A stretch of 64,000 nucleotides of DNA from NCBI GenBank assembly GCA_963821235.1, contig CAWGCS010000001.1, positions 2,390,624-2,454,623 of the forward strand, in the 5' to 3' direction. The DNA comes from an uncultured Chloroflexia bacterium (lineage in GTDB: Bacteria > Chloroflexota > Limnocylindria > Limnocylindrales > CSP1-4). The position numbers and the translations under genes are program-made. The notes beneath the pieces are model-generated. The model worked only from the letters and a program-made list of their open reading frames with translations, was not told the DNA's origin and searched no databases. Shown piece after piece: positions 28,599 to 38,529 of the stretch; position 1 is the stretch's first letter, and every line of letters starts with the position of its first letter.

Positions 28599-30590
28599 TC
28601 ACTGGGCCGCGACGACCCACGAGTCCTGGTTCCAGTAGTAGTTGACGCTGCCGAGGTCGATCCCGCTCGAGGTCGAGGAGACCGTCTTGGTCAGGCCGGC
28701 ATGACGCAGGTCAGCCCACAGGAAGTCGTAGGGGATGTCGTTGTGGGCGATCAGCTGGAACTGGAAGTAGATGTCCTTGCGCTTTGCCTGGTCGAGCTCG
28801 GTCCGGCCTTCCTCGAGGAGCTTGTCGGCCTCCGGGTTCTTCCAGCAGACGAAGTTGTTGTCGTCCGGGTTCTCCTTCGTCGTGCACTTCGTCGAATGGA
28901 AGATCGAGTAGTCGTCGGGATCGAACGCGGTCGACCAGCCGCCGAGGTAGGTGTCGAAGTTGTTGGGGTACGAGAGCAGCGGCAGGAGGACCGTCGCGAA
29001 GTCGGATTCCTTGACGTTGATCTCGATGCCGCACTTGGCGAGCTGATCCTTGGCCAGCTGGCCGTAGGCGACGCGCTGCGGGCGGCCCGACCGCACGTAG
29101 AGGTCGGAGCTGAGGCGCTTGCCGTCCTTGGCGTAGACGCCGTCGCTGCCGAGGGTCCAGCCGGAGCTCTCGATGAGCTTCTTGGCGGCGGCCTGGTCGA
29201 AGACGTAGTCCGGGACGTCCGGGTTGTACGCCCAGGAGAAGGGCGGCGTGTTCGCCTTCACCGGGGTGCCGTTCCCGTCCGTGGCGGCCTGGACGGTCGC
29301 CGGGTGGTCGACGCACATCGTGAAGGCCTTGCGGAGGTTGAGGTCGCTGTAGAGGCGGCCCTCGCGGAGGTTGAAGGCGATGAAGTAGTAGCCGTTGTCC
29401 GGGTACTCGGCGATCTGGAGGCTGGGATCGTCCTTCAACGGCCCGAGGGCGTCGGAGGTGATCTCCTGCTGCCAGTTGATGTCGCCCTTCTGGAGGGCGG
29501 CCGACGCCGCCGCGGCGTCCTTGATGATCGGGACGAAGAGCTTCGCCGGGCCGACCTTGACGCCCTCGGGACCACCGAAGTAGTCATCGAAGCGGGCGAG
29601 CTCGACGCTCTGGCCGGCCGTGTACTTCACGAACTTGAAGGGGCCGGTGCCGATCGGGGCGCGCTGGAAGTCGATGATCCGGAAGGCCGCGGCGATCTGG
29701 TCGATGTCCGTGGCCTGGAAGGTCGTGTTGAGGTCGGTCAGGCGGGAGAACAGCTCGGCGCCGTAGGCGCTGTTGTCCGTTGCGCCGTCGGCGCCGACGA
29801 ACTGGCCCTTGTCGGGCAGCTGGACGCCGGCCTGGGTCAGGATCGGCTCGATCTCGCTCACGTACGTCGCGTAGTCGCACTCGGCCGGCGGCGTCTCGCC
29901 GGCGCAGGCCTCGGCGTTCACCGCGGCGTCGATCTTGTCGAAGAGGGCCTTCACGGCGGCCGCGTCGACCTTGCCGGCGGCAGCCTGCAGGCGGGCGAAG
30001 GAGTCGCGAACAGCCTTCTCCGGGATGATCGCGACGCCGAGGCCGCTGCTGATGAACGGCGCGAACTTCTGCTTGAGCTTGAAGACGACCGTGCTGTCGT
30101 CGGTCGCGGTGACCGACTCGACGTTGTCGGCGAGGGCCGAGCAGCCGTCAGGGATGTAGGTGCAGTTCTTCGACAGGCCCAGCTGGTAGGAGAAGACGAC
30201 GTCGGACGCCTTGACCACGGTGCCGTCGTGGAACTTGACGTTGGGCTTGAGCTTGACCGTCCAGGTCAGGCCGTCCGCCGTCATGTCCGGGAGCTCGGCC
30301 GCGATGTTCGGCGTCGCCTCGAGCTTGTTGTTGAGGACGTACAGGCCGTTGTAGAGCACGTTGACGATCCAGCTCGTCGGCAGGTCTGTGTACGCGTACG
30401 AGAGGTAGGTCGGCTCGCCGTCGATCACCATCGCGAAGTCGGCCGAGCCGGCCGGCGCGGATGCGGACGGGGCCGGGGTCTCGCCGGCAGGCGTCGAGGG
30501 GGCCGGGGTGGGCGACGCAGAGCCCCCGCAGGCCGCCACGCCGATGGCGAGCGCCCCGAGCAGGCCGAGACTTCGCCGTCTCAAACTCAT
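28599..30590 (-). CDS. ABC transporter substrate-binding lipoprotein, family 5, operon 2
   Basis: Start at ATG 30590 (MSLRRRSLGLLGALAIGVAACGG lipobox), preceded by AGGAGGAA. The track ORF extends to 30719. Confidence 0.9.
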   Translation of the reverse strand: MSLRRRSLGLLGALAIGVAACGGSASPTPAPSTPAGETPAPSASAPAGSADFAMVIDGEPTYLSYAYTDLPTSWIVNVLYNGLYVLNNKLEATPNIAAELPDMTADGLTWTVKLKPNVKFHDGTVVKASDVVFSYQLGLSKNCTYIPDGCSALADNVESVTATDDSTVVFKLKQKFAPFISSGLGVAIIPEKAVRDSFARLQAAAGKVDAAAVKALFDKIDAAVNAEACAGETPPAECDYATYVSEIEPILTQAGVQLPDKGQFVGADGATDNSAYGAELFSRLTDLNTTFQATDIDQIAAAFRIIDFQRAPIGTGPFKFVKYTAGQSVELARFDDYFGGPEGVKVGPAKLFVPIIKDAAAASAALQKGDINWQQEITSDALGPLKDDPSLQIAEYPDNGYYFIAFNLREGRLYSDLNLRKAFTMCVDHPATVQAATDGNGTPVKANTPPFSWAYNPDVPDYVFDQAAAKKLIESSGWTLGSDGVYAKDGKRLSSDLYVRSGRPQRVAYGQLAKDQLAKCGIEINVKESDFATVLLPLLSYPNNFDTYLGGWSTAFDPDDYSIFHSTKCTTKENPDDNNFVCWKNPEADKLLEEGRTELDQAKRKDIYFQFQLIAHNDIPYDFLWADLRHAGLTKTVSSTSSGIDLGSVNYYWNQDSWVVAAQ

Positions 30591-30717
30591 CGAGTTCCTC
30601 CTGTTCCCAGGGGCCGGCAGCTCCTCCGCGCCGATCCCCTCCTCGCTGGATGACCGCAGTGCCTTCCGACGCGCAGGGCGCGACAAGCCAGCCGTTGCGG
30701 CCCGCAGACTGCCGCGC

Positions 30718-30748
30718 ATTATAGGTCGCGGCCGTCGACGTGCGTCAA
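30718..30748 (-). promoter_or_regulatory. sigma70-type promoter of ABC operon 2
   Basis: Minus strand reads TTGACG-N19-TATAAT (perfect -10), about 125 nt upstream of the binding-protein ATG. An AT-rich island in GC-rich DNA. Confidence 0.5.
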
Positions 30749-30814
30749 CTCGCGCCGGGCGTCCGCGGCGGGCCCTGCCGCCCCGGGACCGGCCGCCTCA
30801 GGTTCGCTTCTGGC

Positions 30815-31450
30815 TCACCTCCTGCCTGCCCGGCTAGATGCGGCGTCGTTGCCCGTCGCGGCGGCGACCGCCGCCGGCTCGGGCTCGACGTACGCCTGGG
30901 CCCGGAGCCGCTGCCGGTCCGACCACCACGGGAGGTCCGCGGCGATGGGCGGCGGGGCAGTGCGAATTCCCAGGTAGGGTGGCTCGAGCTGGGGCTCGGG
31001 GAGGAGCCCGGCCAGGCGGGCGCGCTCGCGGCTCTGCTCGAAGGTGAGGTACGGGGCCGGGGCGCCACGCGGCGCCTCGTTGTAGACGCCGTCCGGGCGG
31101 CCGCCGGAGACGGCGGCCGGGCCCACGAGCGCGGCGCACAGGCCCGCCGCGACCACGATCCCCGGCAGGCCCGAGAGGAGCCGGGACGGCTGGCGGCGGG
31201 TCGTCGCCAGCCGCGTCCGCAGGCGGCTCCAGCCGTCGGGGGCGGGCTCGACGCGGCGCGTCTCCTCGTGGAGGCGGCGCAGGGCGTGGAGCACGAGCGT
31301 CGTGGCCGCCAGCTCCTCCTCGCAGGCGGGGCAGCGGTCGACGTGGTCCAGCGCTCGCCGGACGTCCGGTCCATCCGCCCGCCGGGCGGCGAACTCGACG
31401 AGGGCCGACCGATGCGCCGCGCAGTCCCGCCGGAAGGGGAGCCCGATCAT
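30815..31450 (-). CDS. zinc-binding anti-sigma factor (ZAS type), single TM
   Basis: MIGLPFRRDCAAH...HVDRCPACEEE (HxxxCxxC) followed by one TM segment. ATGA overlap with the sigma factor stop. Confidence 0.75.
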   Translation of the reverse strand: MIGLPFRRDCAAHRSALVEFAARRADGPDVRRALDHVDRCPACEEELAATTLVLHALRRLHEETRRVEPAPDGWSRLRTRLATTRRQPSRLLSGLPGIVVAAGLCAALVGPAAVSGGRPDGVYNEAPRGAPAPYLTFEQSRERARLAGLLPEPQLEPPYLGIRTAPPPIAADLPWWSDRQRLRAQAYVEPEPAAVAAATGNDAASSRAGRR

Positions 31451-32100
31451 CGCTCCATCTCGGCGACGATGGCCGGGACGGCTGCCCCGGCCGGCTCGTA
31501 GGCGCCCCCGAAGCGGAGGTCGTCCTCCAGGCGCAGGCGCAGGGAGCGCAGCCCGAAGTGGAGGCGTGACTTCACGGTCCCCGGCCGGATCCCCAGGATC
31601 TCCGCCGTCTCGTTGATGCTCCGTCCGTGCAGGTAGAAGAGGACGATGACGCCCCGGTGCTTGGGCGGCAGCGCGGCGATCCCGTCGCGGACGATGGCCC
31701 GCAGCTCCTCGCGCTCGGCCCGCGCGGCCGGGCCCGCGTCGCGGTCGCGCACCAGCCGGGCGACCGCCTCGCTGATCGGCTCCCAGGGCAGGCGCCGGCG
31801 CCCCAGCCGGGAGTACGAGAAGTTGAGCGCCACGCGGTGGAGCCAGGGCAGCGGCGAGGCGTCGACGTGCAGACGGCGCCGCCACTCGTAGGCCTTGGCG
31901 AAGGTGTCCTGGAGGACCTCCTCGGCGGCGCTGCGGTCGCCGAGCACGGCGTAGGCGGTCGCGAAGACGGGTCCGCGGTAGCGGGCGAAGAAGGCCTCGA
32001 AGGCGTCGAGGTCGTCGACGCGGATCCGGACGAGGAGCTGCGCCTCCTCCGGATCGAGCTGACGGACCGGCTGGTCGCTCGTGGTCGCTGCCTCCTGCAT
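31447..32100 (-). CDS. ECF-family RNA polymerase sigma factor
   Basis: Region 2 (FEAFFARYRGPVFATAYAVLGDRSAAEEVLQDTF) and region 4 HTH (INETAEILGIRPGTVKSRLHFG). Start set at ATG 32100. Confidence 0.9.
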   Translation of the reverse strand: MQEAATTSDQPVRQLDPEEAQLLVRIRVDDLDAFEAFFARYRGPVFATAYAVLGDRSAAEEVLQDTFAKAYEWRRRLHVDASPLPWLHRVALNFSYSRLGRRRLPWEPISEAVARLVRDRDAGPAARAEREELRAIVRDGIAALPPKHRGVIVLFYLHGRSINETAEILGIRPGTVKSRLHFGLRSLRLRLEDDLRFGGAYEPAGAAVPAIVAEMER

Positions 32101-32171
32101 GAACGCACGGGCGGACGGGACGCCCGGTGCGGCCCTCCTACCCGTCACTACGCCGGGTCACCGTCCCAGGT

Positions 32172-33656
32172 TCATTCCGCGATGGCCGCCCGCCAGCGGA
32201 GGTTCGGCTGCCGCGCCGCGGTCGCCTCGTCCAGGCGACGGACCGGTGCCGTGTGCGGGGCCCCCTTGACGAGCTCGGGATCGCTCCGCGATTCGGCGGC
32301 GATCTCGAGCATGGCGTCGGCGAAGGCATCGAGCGTCTCGAGGCTCTCCGTCTCGGTCGGCTCGATGAGCATCGCCTCCTCGACGGTGAGGGGGAAGTAG
32401 ATCGTGGGGGGATGGAACCCCTTGTCGATGAGGCGCTTGGCCACGTCGAGGGTGCGGACCCCGGTGGCGGCCTTGAGGCCGGACGAGCTGGCCACGAACT
32501 CGTGCATGCAGGGCCGCTCGAAGGGGACCTCGTAGGCCTCGGCCAGGCGGTGCTTCAGGTAGTTGGCGGCCAGCACGGCGTCCTCGCTGACTTCGCGCAG
32601 GCCGTCGGCGCCGTGGGCCCGGATGTAGGCGTAGGCCCGGACCAGGACGCCCACGTTGCCGGCGAAGGAGCGCATCCGCCCGATGCTGGTGGGACGCTCC
32701 CCCGGCCGCTCCAGGCGGAACGTGCCGTCCGGGTCGCGGCGGACCATCGGCTCGGGAAGGAAGGGGGCCAGGTGTGGCTGGACCGCGACCGGCCCTGCCC
32801 CCGGGCCGCCGCCGCCGTGCGGCGTGGAGAACGTCTTGTGGACGTTGAAGTGCATGACGTCGAAGCCGGCCTTGCCGGGACGGAAGTGGCCCAGCATGGC
32901 GTTGAGGTTCGCTCCGTCCATGTAGGCCAGCGCCCCGGCCGCGTGGACCGTCTCCAGGAGCTCCACCACCCGCCGCTCGAAGAGGCCGACGGTCGAGGGG
33001 TTGGTGATCATGACGGCCGCCGTCCGGGGCCCGAGGGCGGCCCGGAAGGCGTCGAGGTCGACGCCGCCGTCGGAGGCGGAGGGGATGTTGACCGTCCTGA
33101 AGCCGGCCATGGAGGCGGTCGCCGGGTTGGTGCCGTGGGCGGAATCCGGGACGAGGACCTCCTGCCGCTCCAGGTCGCCCCGCGAGCGGTGGTAGGCGCG
33201 GACCATGAGGATGCCGGTCAGCTCGCCCTGGGCGCCCGCCGCCGGCTGGAGGGTGACGGCATGCATGCCGCTGATCTCGGCGAGGTCCCGCTGCAGCCGC
33301 CACAGCAGCTCCAGCGTCCCCTGGGCCGTCGCGTCCGGAGCCAGCGGGTGGAGGTCGGCGAATCCGGGCAGGCGGGCCGCCCACTCGTTGACCTTGGGGT
33401 TGTACTTCATCGTGCACGAGCCCAGCGGATAGAAGCCCGTGTCGACCGACCAGTTGAGGTGCGAGAGGTTCACGAAGTGGCGGACGACCGTCGCCTCGTT
33501 GAGCTCCGGGATCGCCGGCGGAGATGCCCGCCTGGCGTCCGCGGGAATCCGATCGAGGGCGCCGGCCGGCGGGGCCGGGATCCGGGTGGCCGCCCCGCGA
33601 CCGGGCCGCGAGAGCTCGAAGATCGTGGGCTGGAGGGGGTCGCCGGTGACGCTCAT
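32172..33656 (-). CDS. gcvPB: glycine dehydrogenase (decarboxylating) subunit 2
   Basis: FYPLGSCTMKYNPK...HFNVHKTFSTPHGGGGPG PLP-lysine region. ATG 33656 lies in an ATGA overlap with the gcvPA stop. Confidence 0.95.
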   Translation of the reverse strand: MSVTGDPLQPTIFELSRPGRGAATRIPAPPAGALDRIPADARRASPPAIPELNEATVVRHFVNLSHLNWSVDTGFYPLGSCTMKYNPKVNEWAARLPGFADLHPLAPDATAQGTLELLWRLQRDLAEISGMHAVTLQPAAGAQGELTGILMVRAYHRSRGDLERQEVLVPDSAHGTNPATASMAGFRTVNIPSASDGGVDLDAFRAALGPRTAAVMITNPSTVGLFERRVVELLETVHAAGALAYMDGANLNAMLGHFRPGKAGFDVMHFNVHKTFSTPHGGGGPGAGPVAVQPHLAPFLPEPMVRRDPDGTFRLERPGERPTSIGRMRSFAGNVGVLVRAYAYIRAHGADGLREVSEDAVLAANYLKHRLAEAYEVPFERPCMHEFVASSSGLKAATGVRTLDVAKRLIDKGFHPPTIYFPLTVEEAMLIEPTETESLETLDAFADAMLEIAAESRSDPELVKGAPHTAPVRRLDEATAARQPNLRWRAAIAE

Positions 33657-35041
33657 CGGGCCGCTCCCATCGGCGCCGCCGGCGCCAGCTCCGCGGCCAG
33701 GGCCGAGGCGAAGCGATCGATCTCGGCGGTCGTGGTGACCTCCGTGGCGCAGACGAGAAGGCCCTCGGCGAGCGCCGGATCGCCCGGCTCGAGGTCGGCG
33801 AGCGGGACGCCGGCCAGGACGCCGCGCTCGAGGAGCCGCCGGTGGACGGCGGCCGCGTCGGGCACCCGGACGGCGAACTCGTTGAGGTACGGCCCGGGGT
33901 GCAGCCGCGGCGCGCCGGCCGCGGCGAGGGCCGCCTCCAGCTCGGCCGCGCGGGCGGCCCCCGTGGCCGCCACGTCGTGGAGCCCGTCGGGTCCGAGGGC
34001 GGCGAGGTAGACCGCCGCGGCGAGAGCGCAGAGCGCCTGGTTGGTGCAGATGTTGCTCGCCGCCCGCTCGCGCCGGATGTCCTGCTCGCGGGCCCGGAGG
34101 GTCATGACGTAGGCCCGCTTGCCGTCGAGGTCCGCGGTCATCCCGATGAGGCGGCCGGGGATCTGCCGGAGCAGCTGCTCCCGGCAGGCCACGATGCCCA
34201 GGTAGGGCCCGCCGTAGGCGGGCGGCATGCCCAGCGGCTGCCCCTCCCCCGCCGCGACGTCGGCTCCGTAGGCCGCCGGCGGCGCCAGGACGGCGAGCGA
34301 GACCGGCTCGACGACCGCCGCGAAGAGCGCGCCCGCGGCGTGGGCCAGTCGGCCGATCTCCTCCATCGGCTCCAGCAGGCCGAGCACCGACGGCTGGGCG
34401 GCGACGACCCCGGCCACCGGCAGGGCGGGATCGGCGAGCATCCGCTCGAGGGCCGCCAGGTCCGTGGTCCCGGCCGCCGGCCCGTCCGCCACGAGGGGAA
34501 CCTCGGAGAAGGTGAGGTTCGCCCCGGCGAAGTACGTCTCCAGCGCCTCGCGGTAGTGGGGGTGGACGCTGCGCGCCACCAGGACGTGCTCGCGTCGGGT
34601 CGCCCGGCAGGTCATGAGGGCCGCCTCGGCGGTCGCCGCGGCGCCGTCGTAGTGGGAGGCCGAGACGACGTCCATGCCGGTCAGCTCGGCCAGCAGCGAC
34701 TGGTACTCGTAGATCGTCTGCAGGGTGCCCTGGCTGATCTCCGGCTGGTACGGCGTGTAGGCCGTGTAGAACTCGCCCCGCAGGAGCATCTGGTCGACGA
34801 CGGGCGGGAGGTGGTGGCGGTAGACGCCGGCTCCGACGAAGCTGGCCAGGCCCGTCCGGTTGCGGCCGGCGAGGTCCTCGAGGTGGGCCATGAGCTCCAT
34901 CTCGGTGAGGGCCGGGTCGAGCGCCAGGCCCGCCGCCCGCACGGGCGCCGGGATCGCCTCGAACAGCTCGTCGACCGACCCGATGCCGAGGGCCTCGAGC
35001 ATCCGCGCGCGCTCGCCCGCGGTGTGCGGTCCGTAGGCCAT
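33653..35041 (-). CDS. gcvPA: glycine dehydrogenase (decarboxylating) subunit 1
   Basis: 462 aa: MAYGPHTAGERARMLEALGI...TAYTPYQPEISQGTLQ. Confidence 0.95.
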   Translation of the reverse strand: MAYGPHTAGERARMLEALGIGSVDELFEAIPAPVRAAGLALDPALTEMELMAHLEDLAGRNRTGLASFVGAGVYRHHLPPVVDQMLLRGEFYTAYTPYQPEISQGTLQTIYEYQSLLAELTGMDVVSASHYDGAAATAEAALMTCRATRREHVLVARSVHPHYREALETYFAGANLTFSEVPLVADGPAAGTTDLAALERMLADPALPVAGVVAAQPSVLGLLEPMEEIGRLAHAAGALFAAVVEPVSLAVLAPPAAYGADVAAGEGQPLGMPPAYGGPYLGIVACREQLLRQIPGRLIGMTADLDGKRAYVMTLRAREQDIRRERAASNICTNQALCALAAAVYLAALGPDGLHDVAATGAARAAELEAALAAAGAPRLHPGPYLNEFAVRVPDAAAVHRRLLERGVLAGVPLADLEPGDPALAEGLLVCATEVTTTAEIDRFASALAAELAPAAPMGAAR

Positions 35042-35044
35042 GGG

Positions 35045-35425
35045 TCAGGCCTCCGCGGCCAGCGCCTCGTAGGCGGCCGGGTCCAGGAGGGCGTCCAGCT
35101 GGGCCGGGTCCGCCAGGCGAATCTTGAGCATCCACCCGGCGCCGTAGGGGTCCGAGTTGACCGTCTCGGGCGCGCCGGCCAGGGACGCGTTGGCCTCGAT
35201 GACCTCGCCTCCGACGGGCGCGAAGAGGTCGCTCACGGCCTTGACCGATTCGACCACGCCGAAGGTGGCGAACTGCTCGACCGCCCTGCCGGCGGCGGGG
35301 AGCTCGACGAAGACGATGTCCCCGAGCTGGTCGGCGGCATGGGCGGTGATCCCGACGGTGGCGACGTCGCCGTCGACGCGGACCCACTCGTGCTCCTTGG
35401 TGTAGCGCAGGTCGGCGGGGATCAT
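35045..35425 (-). CDS. gcvH: glycine cleavage system H protein
   Basis: 126 aa: [10 protein letters not shown]...[13 protein letters not shown] lipoyl-lysine motif. Confidence 0.95.
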   Translation of the reverse strand: MIPADLRYTKEHEWVRVDGDVATVGITAHAADQLGDIVFVELPAAGRAVEQFATFGVVESVKAVSDLFAPVGGEVIEANASLAGAPETVNSDPYGAGWMLKIRLADPAQLDALLDPAAYEALAAEA

Positions 35426-35498
35426 GCGGCGCTCCTCTCCTCCGCCCGGCGCTGGGCGCCGGCGGTTGCGTGGCCGGCGGCGACCGGCCGGTCGGCAG

Positions 35499-36602
35499 TC
35501 AGCGGGGCCGGGTGTAGAACGGGAGCGGCACGACCTCGGCGGCCGCCCGCGCCTCGCGAATCTCCACGTCGAGCATCGTACCGGGCGCGGCGTCGCCGGG
35601 TGCGACGTACGCCATCGCGATGGGGACGCCCAGGGTGGGCGACATCGTCCCGGACGTCACCGTCCCGCTGGCCCGCTCCCCGGCCCAGACCGGGTAGCCA
35701 TGGCGGGCGATGCCCCGCCCCCGCACCACGAGGCCGACGAGTCGGCGGCGCGGCGCCGTCTCGGCCGCCTTCGCCAGCGCCTCGCGCCCTACGAAGCCGC
35801 CCTCCTTGGCGAGCTTCACGACGCGGCCGAGGCCAGCCTCGAACGGCGTCGTCTGCCGGTCCAGCTCGTTGCCGTAGAGGGGCATCCCGGCCTCCAGGCG
35901 GAGCGTGTCTCGAGCGCCGAGCCCGACGGGGACCAGCCCGGCCGACTTGCCGGCTCCCATGAGGGCGTCCCAGACGGTCGCCCCGGAGGCGGCCTCGACG
36001 AAGACCTCGAAACCGTCCTCGCCGGTGTAGCCGGTCCGGGCGACGAGGGCCGGGATCCCGGCGATCGGGCCCTCCGCGATCCCGTAGTAGCGGATGGCGT
36101 CCAGGTCGAGGCCGGCCAGGGGGGCCAGGATCCCGCGCGCCGCGGGCCCCTGGATCGCCACCAGGGCGGTCGCCAGCGAGCGGTCGTCGAGGACCGCCCG
36201 GCAGCCGGCGATGCGCTCGGCAAGGGCATCGGAGACGACGGTCGCGTTCGAGGCGTTGGCCACCACGAGGAAGCGGTCGTCGGCCAGCCGGTAGACGATG
36301 AGGTCGTCGAGGATCCCGCCGTCCGGGCCGACGATCATCGAGTAGTGCGCCCGCCCGTTGGCCAGCGTCCGCGGGTCGGTGGTCACGGCGCCGGCCAGGG
36401 CATCGCCGGCCTCCGGCCCGTCGACGAACAGCTCGCCCATGTGGCAGAGGTCGAAGAGGCCGGCCCGCTCGCGTACCGCGCGGTGCTCCTCGATGATCCC
36501 GGCGTACTGGATCGGCATCCGCCAGCCGGCGTAGTCGACCATCCGCGCCCCGAGCGCCTCGTGGCGCTCCAGGAGCGGCGTGGCGCGCGGTTCGTCGGTC
36601 AT
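35499..36602 (-). CDS. gcvT: aminomethyltransferase (glycine cleavage T protein)
   Basis: [36 protein letters not shown] 36602 preceded by GAAGGAAGGGA. Confidence 0.95.
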   Translation of the reverse strand: MTDEPRATPLLERHEALGARMVDYAGWRMPIQYAGIIEEHRAVRERAGLFDLCHMGELFVDGPEAGDALAGAVTTDPRTLANGRAHYSMIVGPDGGILDDLIVYRLADDRFLVVANASNATVVSDALAERIAGCRAVLDDRSLATALVAIQGPAARGILAPLAGLDLDAIRYYGIAEGPIAGIPALVARTGYTGEDGFEVFVEAASGATVWDALMGAGKSAGLVPVGLGARDTLRLEAGMPLYGNELDRQTTPFEAGLGRVVKLAKEGGFVGREALAKAAETAPRRRLVGLVVRGRGIARHGYPVWAGERASGTVTSGTMSPTLGVPIAMAYVAPGDAAPGTMLDVEIREARAAAEVVPLPFYTRPR

Positions 36603-36618
36603 CGAGGTCCCTTCCTTC

Positions 36619-37074
36619 TCAGCGGCCTTCCCCGATGCGCTCGGCCGCCGCGACGGCGGCCCGCCCCACGAGCGCCCGCTCGGTCTCGAAGGTGAGGAGC
36701 GCGGGGGCCTCGACAAAGGGGACCCAGCGGACCTCGTCGAACTCGTGATCGTGGCGTTCGAGGTCGCCGCCGACCGGCTCCATCAGCCAGTAGTGGACGG
36801 TCTTGTGGATGCGCGTCCCACCCTGGGAGAACCAGTAGTCGATCGCCTCGAGGGGAGCCAGGAGCCGGACCTGGAGGCCCGTCTCCTCGGCAACCTCGCG
36901 GAGGGCCGTCTCCTCGAGCGTCTCGAGGGGATTCGGGGTTCCCTTGGGCAGCGTCCAGGTGACGCCGTCGCGCAGGCGCCGACGGCGGCCGGCGACGAGG
37001 TGCGGGACGCCGTCGATCGACCGGATGACGATCCCGCCGGCGGACGTGGCCGTGGTGCGCTTCAGCCGCGCCAC
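36619..37074 (-). CDS. NUDIX hydrolase
   Basis: NUDIX box GTPNPLETLEETALREVAEETGL. Start taken at GTG 37074. The rest of track ORF 36619..37656 is shadow. Confidence 0.85.
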   Translation of the reverse strand: MARLKRTTATSAGGIVIRSIDGVPHLVAGRRRRLRDGVTWTLPKGTPNPLETLEETALREVAEETGLQVRLLAPLEAIDYWFSQGGTRIHKTVHYWLMEPVGGDLERHDHEFDEVRWVPFVEAPALLTFETERALVGRAAVAAAERIGEGR

Positions 37075-37385
37075 GGCGCGGTGGCGGGGCGCGGCCGGCG
37101 GCCGGCGGTGCGGACGCCGAGCTTGGCCCAGCGCACCGCGGCGTGCGGTCCGGCCAGCCCCGCGGGCGACGCATGGGTGCGGGCCGCGCCGATCGCCTGC
37201 CAGTCGGTCCGCCGGAGCGCCACCTGCCCCGGGTCGGGCCGGCGCAGCAGGGTGGGCCGGTCGGCTGCCGTCCGGAAGTGGACGTGACGGCCCAGACCCA
37301 GGCGCGGCTCGCGGGCCCGCGGCGCGACGGTCGCGAACCGAGCCGTGGGACGTGCGGCGTAGCGCGCGGCGATGCTGCGGTGCAT
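37062..37385 (-). CDS. hypothetical protein (about 107 aa)
   Basis: Consistent GC3-rich frame (MHRSIAARYAARPTARFATV...). Packed between the Rossmann-fold gene and the NUDIX gene. No family recognised. Confidence 0.45.
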   Translation of the reverse strand: MHRSIAARYAARPTARFATVAPRAREPRLGLGRHVHFRTAADRPTLLRRPDPGQVALRRTDWQAIGAARTHASPAGLAGPHAAVRWAKLGVRTAGRRPRPATAPWRG

Positions 37386-37402
37386 AGGCAGATGGTACCC
37401 CT

Positions 37403-38392
37403 TCAAGTGCCCCGTGTGAACGTGGCGCGGAGTCGGTCCGCCGCATCCGGTGCGAGGCCGCGCCGCTCGGCGGCGAGCGAGACCTGGCGGAGGCCGAGGG
37501 CGCGGTAGACGGCAAGCGCCTCCTCCCCCGCCGCGGCGACGGCTGCGAGATGGGCCGCCACCGTCCCTGCGTCGCCCCGCACGGCAGGCCCGGTGAGGGC
37601 GGGGCCCGGGCCCATCGCCCGGACGTTGGCGAGGGCCTGGGCCGCCAGCGGCCCATAGACGGCGAGGGCCCCGGCCTCGTCGAGCCCGGCCGCCTCCGCC
37701 ACCGCGGCGACGACGTCGAGGAGCGCTGTCAGGCCCCCCGCGGCCAGCACGGCGGCGGCGTGGTAGGCGGCCTTGGAGCCGGGCGCCAGGCGGACCGGGA
37801 CGGCGCCGAGCGAGGTCGCCATCTCGGCCAGGAGGTCGAGCAGGCCGGCGTCACCCTCGATCGCGACCGTCGCGCCCGGGAGGGCCGCCAGGGCCCCCTC
37901 GAGGTCGGCGAAGGCGACCAGCGGATGGAACGACCCGGCGCTCGTCCCCGCGGCGAGGGCCGGGGCAAGGATCGTCGCGTCGTGGAGCCCGCTGGTGTGG
38001 ACGATCGCCTGGCCCGAGTAGAGGTGGAGCCCGGCGGCCACCTCGGCCAGGTCGTCGTCGGGGACGGCGACGATCGCCAAGTGGCACTCGTCGAAGATCG
38101 CCGGCGCTTCCGGGAAGGCCCGGACCCCCGGCACGAGCCCGCGGAACCGCTCCCGACGCCCGGCATCCCGGCTGGCCACCGCGCCGACCTGCCAGCCGGC
38201 CCGCTGGAGGGCGACGCCCAGGGCGGTCCCGACCGCCCCGGCCCCGACGATCCCGATCACCGGCCGTCCGTCCGGGGCCGGCCCGACGTGCGGGTGGACG
38301 TGGGCCTCGCGGTGGATCTCGTCGCCGTGGCGGTGGGCGCCCGGCGGGAGCGGCTCGTCCCCGGCGTCCATCTGCCGGCGGACCTCGTCCAT
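37403..38392 (-). CDS. Rossmann-fold NAD(P)-binding protein, DUF2520/ProC-like
   Basis: VIGIVGAGAVGTALGVAL dinucleotide-binding motif. The C-terminal Ala-rich helical domain resembles DUF2520 proteins. Start set at ATG 38392. Confidence 0.7.
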   Translation of the reverse strand: MDEVRRQMDAGDEPLPPGAHRHGDEIHREAHVHPHVGPAPDGRPVIGIVGAGAVGTALGVALQRAGWQVGAVASRDAGRRERFRGLVPGVRAFPEAPAIFDECHLAIVAVPDDDLAEVAAGLHLYSGQAIVHTSGLHDATILAPALAAGTSAGSFHPLVAFADLEGALAALPGATVAIEGDAGLLDLLAEMATSLGAVPVRLAPGSKAAYHAAAVLAAGGLTALLDVVAAVAEAAGLDEAGALAVYGPLAAQALANVRAMGPGPALTGPAVRGDAGTVAAHLAAVAAAGEEALAVYRALGLRQVSLAAERRGLAPDAADRLRATFTRGT

Positions 38393-38529
38393 CGTCGCCG
38401 GGTCACCCGGCGGCGGCGCTGCCGGCTCCCTGCGCCAGGATCGCATCGTCGCTCTCCACGCTACTCTTGGAGCGACAGCGTAGCGCCCCCGGCGGCCCGC
38501 CTGCCGCCCCGAGCCAGCGAGGACGATTC

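Noticed and set aside
36603-37402. Expected glycine riboswitch upstream of gcvT.
   Set aside because: The space is occupied by a NUDIX gene and a GC3-consistent small ORF. No tandem glycine-aptamer consensus blocks were found by eye. An Infernal scan is still needed to be certain.
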